Source of the DNA: Acetobacteraceae bacterium
GTDB taxonomy: Bacteria; Pseudomonadota; Alphaproteobacteria; Acetobacterales; Acetobacteraceae
DNA length: 24,000 nt
Direction: 5' to 3'
NCBI GenBank assembly: GCA_965199585.1
Contig: CBDASI010000002.1
Coordinates: forward strand, 2,649,255-2,673,254
Below, one piece after another: positions 18,843-24,000 of this stretch. The position numbers and the translations under genes are program-made. The notes under the pieces are model-generated. The model made no database searches. It was not told where the DNA came from and was given only the letters and a program-made list of their open reading frames with translations. Numbering within the stretch: the stretch's first letter is position 1; each line of letters starts with the position of its first letter.

Positions 18843-20165
18843 ATGACCGACACGCTCACTATGCTCGGCCGCCGCTCGGCGCTCCTCGGCGCCGGCATCG
18901 CTGCCGTTCCGCTGCTCGGCAGCACGCCGGGCCTGGCCCAGGGCGCCGATACCGCCATCACCGTCGACCGCGCCCGGACCGCGCCGATCCCGATCGCGAT
19001 CCCCGCCTTGGCCGGCACCGCGCTCGGCGCGCAGATGGCGGAGGTGATCAGCAACGACCTCGCCCGCTCCGGCCTATTCCGCCCCATCGGCAACGCCGCG
19101 CAGATCGGCGCCAACGACGCCGGTGACACCCCCAACTTCCAGAACTGGAAGGCGATCGGCGCCCAGACCCTGGTGACCGGCAAGGTCGAGGGTGGCGGCA
19201 GCAACGTCCGCGTCGAGTTCCGCCTGTGGGACGTGTTGCCCGGCCAGCAAATCCAGGGCACCGCGTATACGACGACTTCGACCAACTGGCGCCGCATCGC
19301 CCACATCATCGCCGACGTGATCTACGAGCGCCTGCTCGGCGAAAAGGGCTACTTCGACACCCGCATCGTCTACGTCTCCAACACCGGGCCGCGTGAAAAG
19401 CGGACCAAGCGGCTGGCGATTATGGACCAGGACAGCGAGAACAATCGCTTCCTTACCGACGGCAGCTGGCTCGTGCTGACGCCGCGCTTCCACCCGACGC
19501 GCGATCAGATCGTCTACATGTCGTACTACAACAACCGTCCCCGGGTTTGGACCTTCGATCTCGGTTCGGCGCGGCAGACCGTGCTCGGCGATTTCGACGG
19601 CATGACGTTCGCCCCGCGCTATGCGCCGGACGGCAACACCATCGTCATGTCGGTCTCGCGCGGCTCCGGGTCGGATATCGTGACGGTCGGCGTCTCGGGT
19701 GGCGGGCGGCGGACGCTGACCAGCTCGGGCTCGATCGACACCAGCCCATGCTACAGCCCGGACGGCAGCCAGATCGTGTTCAACTCGGACCGCGGCGGCG
19801 ATCAGCAGCTCTACGTCATGGGCGCCGGTGGCGGCAGCGCGCGGCGCATCTCCTACGGCAAGGGCCGTTATGCCACCCCGGTATGGTCGCCGCGTGGCGA
19901 CCTGATCGCCTTCACGCGGCTCGGCTCCGGCGGTTTTGCCATCGGCGTCATGCGGCCGGACGGCTCGGGCGAGCGTATCCTGTCGGAGAGCTTCGACGTC
20001 GAGGGCCCGACCTTCTGCCCAAATGGCCGCGTGTTGATGTTTTACCGGGCCGGGCAGGGCGGGGGCGCGCGGCTGGTCTCGATCGACATCACCGGCTTCA
20101 ACGAGCGCGTCGTTCCCACTCCGACCGACGCGTCGGCCCCGGCCTGGTCGCCCTTGCTTGCCTGA
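18843..20165 (+). CDS. tolB: Tol-Pal system beta-propeller protein TolB
   Basis: 440 aa. N-terminal signal, TolB N-domain (IAIPALAG...[12 protein letters not shown]) and repeated propeller blades ([36 protein letters not shown]). GGAG lies 8 nt upstream of the ATG. Confidence 0.95.
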   Translation: MTDTLTMLGRRSALLGAGIAAVPLLGSTPGLAQGADTAITVDRARTAPIPIAIPALAGTALGAQMAEVISNDLARSGLFRPIGNAAQIGANDAGDTPNFQNWKAIGAQTLVTGKVEGGGSNVRVEFRLWDVLPGQQIQGTAYTTTSTNWRRIAHIIADVIYERLLGEKGYFDTRIVYVSNTGPREKRTKRLAIMDQDSENNRFLTDGSWLVLTPRFHPTRDQIVYMSYYNNRPRVWTFDLGSARQTVLGDFDGMTFAPRYAPDGNTIVMSVSRGSGSDIVTVGVSGGGRRTLTSSGSIDTSPCYSPDGSQIVFNSDRGGDQQLYVMGAGGGSARRISYGKGRYATPVWSPRGDLIAFTRLGSGGFAIGVMRPDGSGERILSESFDVEGPTFCPNGRVLMFYRAGQGGGARLVSIDITGFNERVVPTPTDASAPAWSPLLA

Positions 20166-20228
20166 CCTTGCAAGGGTCATCTTTCGTTGGCCCGACCCTG
20201 CAAGGGTCACCCTTCATTCGCTTGACCC
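20164..20228 (+). repeat. Tandem 30-bp repeat (2 full units plus a 5-nt start of a third). Each unit opens with the stem-loop GACC(T/C)T-GCA-AGGGTC.
   Basis: Unit 1 is 20164-20193 (gaccttgcaagggtcatctttcgttggccc). Unit 2 is 20194-20223 (gaccctgcaagggtcacccttcattcgctt). They match at 23/30 positions by hand alignment, and 'gaccc' then restarts at 20224. Hairpin 2 has a perfect 6-bp stem; hairpin 1 has one G.U. Unit 1 begins inside the tolB TGA (20163-20165). Confidence 0.7.
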
Positions 20229-20250
20229 GGCCGCACCCCCGGCGTATCGC
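20222..20250 (+). promoter_or_regulatory. Candidate pal promoter TTGACC-N17-TATCGC
   Basis: The -35-like hexamer at 20222-20227 matches the consensus at 5/6 positions. The -10-like hexamer at 20245-20250 lies 26 nt upstream of the pal ATG. This is a motif match only. Confidence 0.25.
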
Positions 20251-20276
20251 GCGACAGACGTATTGGATCGGCATCG

Positions 20277-20765
20277 ATGAACTACAAAGCTATCGGCTTC
20301 CTGGCGGCGCTCGCTCTCCTCGGCGCCTGCTCGGACAACACCACGGGCGCCAGCACGGGCGCGACGTCGGGCGGCGGCGCCAGCGCCTCCAGCAACGGCG
20401 GTGCCATTCCCGGCAGTCAGCAGGACCTAGTCGCGAACGTTGGTGACCGCGTGTTCTACGCCTACGATCAGTCGCAGCTGAGCAGCGATGCCCGCGCGAC
20501 GCTGGACCGCCAGGTGCAGTGGTTGCAGCGTTATCCGCAGGTCACCATCCAGATGGCCGGCAACACGGACGAGCGCGGCACCGAGGAATACAACCTGGCC
20601 CTCGGTCAGCGCCGGGCCAATGCGGCGCGCGACTATCTCGTGGCCCAGGGCATCAGCAGCGCCCGCATCCAGACGATCAGCTACGGCAAGGAGCGCCCGG
20701 CGGCGACCGGTTCGGACGAGCAGGCCTACTCGCAGGACCGGAACGCGATCACCTCCGTTCAGTAA
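20277..20765 (+). CDS. pal: Peptidoglycan-associated lipoprotein Pal (OmpA-like domain)
   Basis: 162 aa. Lipoprotein signal with lipobox LLGAC|S and a Gly/Ser/Ala linker. The OmpA-C domain motifs are GNTDERGTEEYNLALGQRRANAARDYLV...ISYGKERP. Confidence 0.95.
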   Translation: MNYKAIGFLAALALLGACSDNTTGASTGATSGGGASASSNGGAIPGSQQDLVANVGDRVFYAYDQSQLSSDARATLDRQVQWLQRYPQVTIQMAGNTDERGTEEYNLALGQRRANAARDYLVAQGISSARIQTISYGKERPAATGSDEQAYSQDRNAITSVQ

Positions 20766-20777
20766 ACCGAAGCCACG

Positions 20778-21602
20778 ATGCGCCTCGTTCGAGTAGCCGC
20801 GGCGGCCGGCGTCGTTCTGTCCTGCGCGGCAATGCCGGCGCGGGCGCAGATGGATTCCCGCGAGGGAATCATGCTGCAGAACCAGATCCTCGAGTTGCGG
20901 CGTGACATGCAGTCGATGCAGCAGCGAGGTTCCGGTGGCCCGTCCTATGCCGCACCGAGCGGCGGCGGATCGTCAGGGCTCGAGGCGCAGTTGCTGGACC
21001 GGGTGCAGACGCTCGAGGAGCAGGTTCGCCGGTTGCGCGGCCAATTGGATGAGCAGTCCAATACGTTGCGGCGGTCGCAGGAAAGCTTGGCCAAGCAGGT
21101 CGACGACATGAATTTCCGCGCCGGCAATGCCGGCGGCGGCGCGACTTCCAGCCCGCCCCAGTTGACTGCGCCGCGCGCGGCGGCCGTGCCAGATGCCGCT
21201 CCGCCAGCCGCGGCCCGGCGCACCCCAGAGGTCGCGTTACAGGACGGAAACGCTGCCCTGGCGCGTCGCGATTACAGTGCCGCCGAAAGCGCCGCCCGCG
21301 AGGTCCTGGCATCGAAGAACTCGCCGCGGGCGGGCGATGCCAACTTCCTATTGGCGCAATCTTTGATGGGCCAGCGTAACTTCCAGGGCGCGGCCATCTC
21401 CTATGACGATGCCTACTCGCGCAACAAGGCTGGCAGCCGGGCGCAGGATGCGTTGCTTGGTTTGGCGAACGCGCTGACCGGCTTGAACGACCGCAACGCC
21501 TCATGCGCGACGCTCGACAAGTTGCGGCGGGAGTTCCCGACCATGCGCGCGGCGGTGCGCGAGACGTCGGCGACGCTGAGGGCGCGTAACGGCTGTAGCT
21601 GA
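20778..21602 (+). CDS. cpoB: Tol-Pal system / cell-division coordinator CpoB (YbgF)
   Basis: 274 aa. Sec-type signal (AAMPARAQ), N-terminal coiled coil (QNQILELRRDMQSMQ...LEEQVRRLRGQLDEQ) and a C-terminal TPR-like region (ALARRDYSAAESAAREVL...FLLAQSLMGQRNFQGAAISYDDAY). It holds the conserved position after pal. Confidence 0.88.
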   Translation: MRLVRVAAAAGVVLSCAAMPARAQMDSREGIMLQNQILELRRDMQSMQQRGSGGPSYAAPSGGGSSGLEAQLLDRVQTLEEQVRRLRGQLDEQSNTLRRSQESLAKQVDDMNFRAGNAGGGATSSPPQLTAPRAAAVPDAAPPAAARRTPEVALQDGNAALARRDYSAAESAAREVLASKNSPRAGDANFLLAQSLMGQRNFQGAAISYDDAYSRNKAGSRAQDALLGLANALTGLNDRNASCATLDKLRREFPTMRAAVRETSATLRARNGCS

Positions 21603-21623
21603 CCGATCGTCGTCGATGCTGCC

Positions 21624-22820
21624 GTGAGCGACGCGGCATCGCCGATCTCGGGCGACGAATTCGCGGCCTTGATGGCGGCGACCGGGCCATATGGCCGCGA
21701 ACGCCGGGTCCTCGTGGCGGTCTCCGGCGGGGCCGACAGCATGGCGTTAGCGTTATTGCTCGCCGGATGGGGGCAGCCGGTAGCGGCGGTCGTCGATCAC
21801 GGGCTGCGTTCTGAGTCGGCGGCTGAGGCAGCGCTTGTATCGGCCCGGCTCACCGGGCTTGGCGTCGAAAACCATGTCCTGACTACCGCGGTGGCGACGG
21901 GGCCGGCGTTGGCGGAGCGCGCCCGGGTGGCGCGGTATGACCTGCTTTACGAGGCGGCCGCGCGTTTCGGGCTGCCCGATCTGCTACTCGGCCATCACGC
22001 GGGCGATCAGGCCGAGACCGTCCGCATGCGCTTGGACGCTGGAAGTGGTGCGGCCGGGCTCGCCGGCATGGTGCCGGTTTCGTATCGGAACGCGGTGCGC
22101 CTGACCCGGCCTTTGCTGGCCATCGATCCGGCGCGACTCCGTGCCACGTTGCGCCGGGCGGGGGTGGACTGGGTCGAGGATCCGACCAACCAGGATGTGA
22201 GGACGGCACGCGGCAGGCTGCGGCGCGACATGACGGCGGCGGATCGTGTCGAAGCGCTCGCGCTGGCCGAGGTCAGTCTGGTCGAGCGCAGACGTCACCT
22301 GTGCGAGATCGCCTGCGCGCTGGCCGACGTGCGGCTGGCGCCCGAGGGATTCGCCGTGGCGAAAGCAGAACTTGGCGGCGCGGCGCTGTCCGCGCTGATC
22401 TGGATGGTCTCCGGCCGCGCCTACCCGCCGCCGTTCGAATCTATGAAGCCCGGTTTGGCGCCGCGGACGCTCCACGGTGTGTTGGTCCGGCCTGCTGGCC
22501 GTCTCGGCCCGGGCACGTTGCTAACTCGTGAGCCCGCATCGGTCGCGCAGCCGATCGGCGTCAGCGACGACGCATGGTGGGACGGCCGCTTCCGCGTGCG
22601 CGGTGCCGCCGCCGGGCTGACGATTGGGGCGTTGGGTGCCGAGGCGTCGTCCCTACGCCGCCACTCGCACTTACCCGCCGTGGTCCTGGCGACCGTACCG
22701 GCGTTGCGACGAGGCAGTGCAGTGGTCGCTGTCCCGCATCTGGCCTTTCCTGATCGGGAGGCGTGCCGTAGCGTGTCGGTGGAACTATGGCCGCGACGAC
22801 AAGCTGCGCCCAGCACCTGA
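21624..22820 (+). CDS. tilS: tRNA(Ile)-lysidine synthetase TilS
   Basis: 398 aa. PP-loop ATPase motif VAVSGGADSMALALLL plus LLGHHAGDQAETVRMRL. It holds the conserved position upstream of ftsH. The GTG start at 21624 is from the ORF track; the ATG at ~21672 is an alternative. Confidence 0.9.
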   Translation: MSDAASPISGDEFAALMAATGPYGRERRVLVAVSGGADSMALALLLAGWGQPVAAVVDHGLRSESAAEAALVSARLTGLGVENHVLTTAVATGPALAERARVARYDLLYEAAARFGLPDLLLGHHAGDQAETVRMRLDAGSGAAGLAGMVPVSYRNAVRLTRPLLAIDPARLRATLRRAGVDWVEDPTNQDVRTARGRLRRDMTAADRVEALALAEVSLVERRRHLCEIACALADVRLAPEGFAVAKAELGGAALSALIWMVSGRAYPPPFESMKPGLAPRTLHGVLVRPAGRLGPGTLLTREPASVAQPIGVSDDAWWDGRFRVRGAAAGLTIGALGAEASSLRRHSHLPAVVLATVPALRRGSAVVAVPHLAFPDREACRSVSVELWPRRQAAPST

Positions 22821-22862
22821 GTTTACAGGTGTTAACCCTCTGAATGGCGGGGGGGTGTAGAG

Positions 22863-22891
22863 TGATCGTGACGACCTTATGTTGACGATCA
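22863..22891. promoter_or_regulatory. Inverted repeat TGATCGT-N15-ACGATCA overlapping a TTGACG hexamer upstream of ftsH
   Basis: The arms at 22863-22869 and 22885-22891 are exact reverse complements, read directly. TTGACG lies at 22882-22887. No convincing -10 hexamer sits at 16-18 nt, so the function is unknown. Confidence 0.2.
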
Positions 22892-22939
22892 AGGCTGCCG
22901 ATCGACCGGCCGCAAATGGGACTGGATTGTTGGACGAGC

Positions 22940-24000
22940 ATGATGAGCAATTTCGGTCGTAACCTAGCACTTTGGGTGATCATCGCCCTGTTGCTCGTGG
23001 TTCTGTTCAATCTATTTCAGCCCGGCGGCAACACCCGCGCTGCGACGCAGGTCGCCTACTCGGACTTCGTGTCCGAAGTGAACGGCGGGCGCGTGCGTGA
23101 TGTAGTCATACAGGGTCGCACCGTCAGCGGTCAGTTGACCGACGGCCGCACGTTCCAGACGTACACGCCGGAAGATCCGGCCCTGGTTGGCCGCCTCACC
23201 GACAAGGGCGTCCGTGTTATCGCTAAGCCGGAGGAGAGCGACAATCCGCTGCTCCACTATCTACTGAGCTGGTTCCCGATGCTGCTGCTGATCGGCGTCT
23301 GGGTGTTCTTCATGCGTCAGATGCAGTCCGGTGGTGGCCGTGCCATGGGCTTCGGCAAGAGCCGCGCCCGGATGCTGACCGAGAAGCAGGGCCGAGTAAC
23401 GTTCGAAGACGTTGCTGGCATCGACGAAGCCAAGCAGGAACTGCAGGAGATCGTCGAGTTCCTGAAGGACCCTCAGAAGTTTCAACGGCTCGGCGGCAAG
23501 ATTCCGAAAGGCGTGCTGCTTGTAGGCCCGCCCGGCACCGGCAAGACGTTGCTGGCGCGTGCGATCGCCGGCGAAGCGAACGTTCCGTTTTTCACCATCT
23601 CCGGGTCTGACTTCGTCGAGATGTTCGTAGGCGTCGGCGCGAGCCGGGTGCGCGATATGTTCGAGCAGGGCAAGAAGAATGCCCCATGCATCATCTTCAT
23701 CGACGAGATCGATGCGGTCGGTCGCCATCGTGGTGCCGGCCTAGGCGGTGGCAATGACGAGCGTGAGCAGACACTCAACCAGATGCTGGTCGAGATGGAC
23801 GGTTTCGAGAGCAACGAGGGCGTTATCCTCATTGCTGCAACCAACCGGCCCGACGTTCTCGACCCGGCCCTGCTGCGTCCCGGTCGGTTCGACCGCCAAG
23901 TTGTCGTGCCGAACCCGGACGTGAACGGCCGCGAGAAGATTTTGCGGGTTCATATGCGAAAGGTGCCGCTGGCTTCCGACGTCGATCCAAAGGTGATCGC
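22940..24000 (+). CDS. ftsH: ATP-dependent zinc metalloprotease FtsH. This is the N-terminal ~353 codons; the 3' end lies beyond the window.
   Basis: Manual translation from ATG 22940 gives [26 protein letters not shown] (TM1) and [22 protein letters not shown] (TM2). Walker A is [13 protein letters not shown], Walker B is [10 protein letters not shown], and the second region of homology is [19 protein letters not shown]. It is missing from the ORF track because it is open-ended. Confidence 0.97.
   Translation, partial: MMSNFGRNLALWVIIALLLVVLFNLFQPGGNTRAATQVAYSDFVSEVNGGRVRDVVIQGRTVSGQLTDGRTFQTYTPEDPALVGRLTDKGVRVIAKPEESDNPLLHYLLSWFPMLLLIGVWVFFMRQMQSGGGRAMGFGKSRARMLTEKQGRVTFEDVAGIDEAKQELQEIVEFLKDPQKFQRLGGKIPKGVLLVGPPGTGKTLLARAIAGEANVPFFTISGSDFVEMFVGVGASRVRDMFEQGKKNAPCIIFIDEIDAVGRHRGAGLGGGNDEREQTLNQMLVEMDGFESNEGVILIAATNRPDVLDPALLRPGRFDRQVVVPNPDVNGREKILRVHMRKVPLASDVDPKVI

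Noticed and set aside
20164-20228. Possibility that the 30-bp tandem repeat is a miniature CRISPR array
   Set aside because: There are only ~2.2 directly abutting units with no unique spacers. The units diverge from each other (23/30), and no cas genes are present. It is a tandem duplication of a hairpin element, not a CRISPR array.
19074-21690. Minus-strand ORFs 19074-20210 (378 aa) and 20869-21690 (273 aa) opposite tolB and cpoB
   Set aside because: No motifs and an Arg/Ala/Gly/Pro bias. They overlap well-supported genes.
22821-22939. Possible tRNA or small RNA gene, or an RpoH-type promoter (CTTATGT at 22876-22882), in the tilS-ftsH spacer
   Set aside because: There is no cloverleaf-compatible arm structure and no T-loop GTTCRA motif. 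The -10-like CTTATGT has no CTTG-type -35 at the required ~17-nt distance (the sequence there is GTGT).

Overview
High-GC core-chromosome segment with an alphaproteobacterial-type gene order. I can support 21 protein-coding genes, two of them cut by the window edges. No rRNA, tRNA, CRISPR array, transposase, integrase or phage gene is visible. Gene order is: a divergent RND efflux pair (adaptor plus AcrB-like pump, minus strand), then on the plus strand an HMG-CoA-lyase-family gene, mutS, glnD, a GST, a membrane GGDEF-EAL protein, a YmdB-family phosphoesterase, yebC, ruvC, ruvA, ruvB, ybgC, tolQ, tolR, tolA, tolB, pal, cpoB, tilS and ftsH. The block from yebC to ftsH is classic conserved housekeeping synteny covering Holliday-junction resolution, the Tol-Pal envelope system, lysidine synthase and the FtsH protease. 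I do not see a previously undescribed multi-gene system, such as a defence island or a cluster of unknown ATPases or nucleases. Every long ORF without a family assignment is an off-frame or antisense artefact of the high GC content. The modest leads are listed below. (1) A 2.2-copy 30-bp tandem stem-loop repeat begins inside the tolB stop codon, with a promoter-like motif in front of pal. (2) The Tol proteins are atypical: TolA has a TonB-like spacer of about 46% proline, TolR has a low-complexity tail, and TolB has a Tat-like RR signal. (3) The GGDEF-EAL enzyme carries an unassigned six-helix membrane sensor domain. (4) A few small inverted repeats and promoter-like motifs lie in intergenic DNA. 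All of these are hypotheses from reading the sequence by eye. No database search or folding calculation was run.
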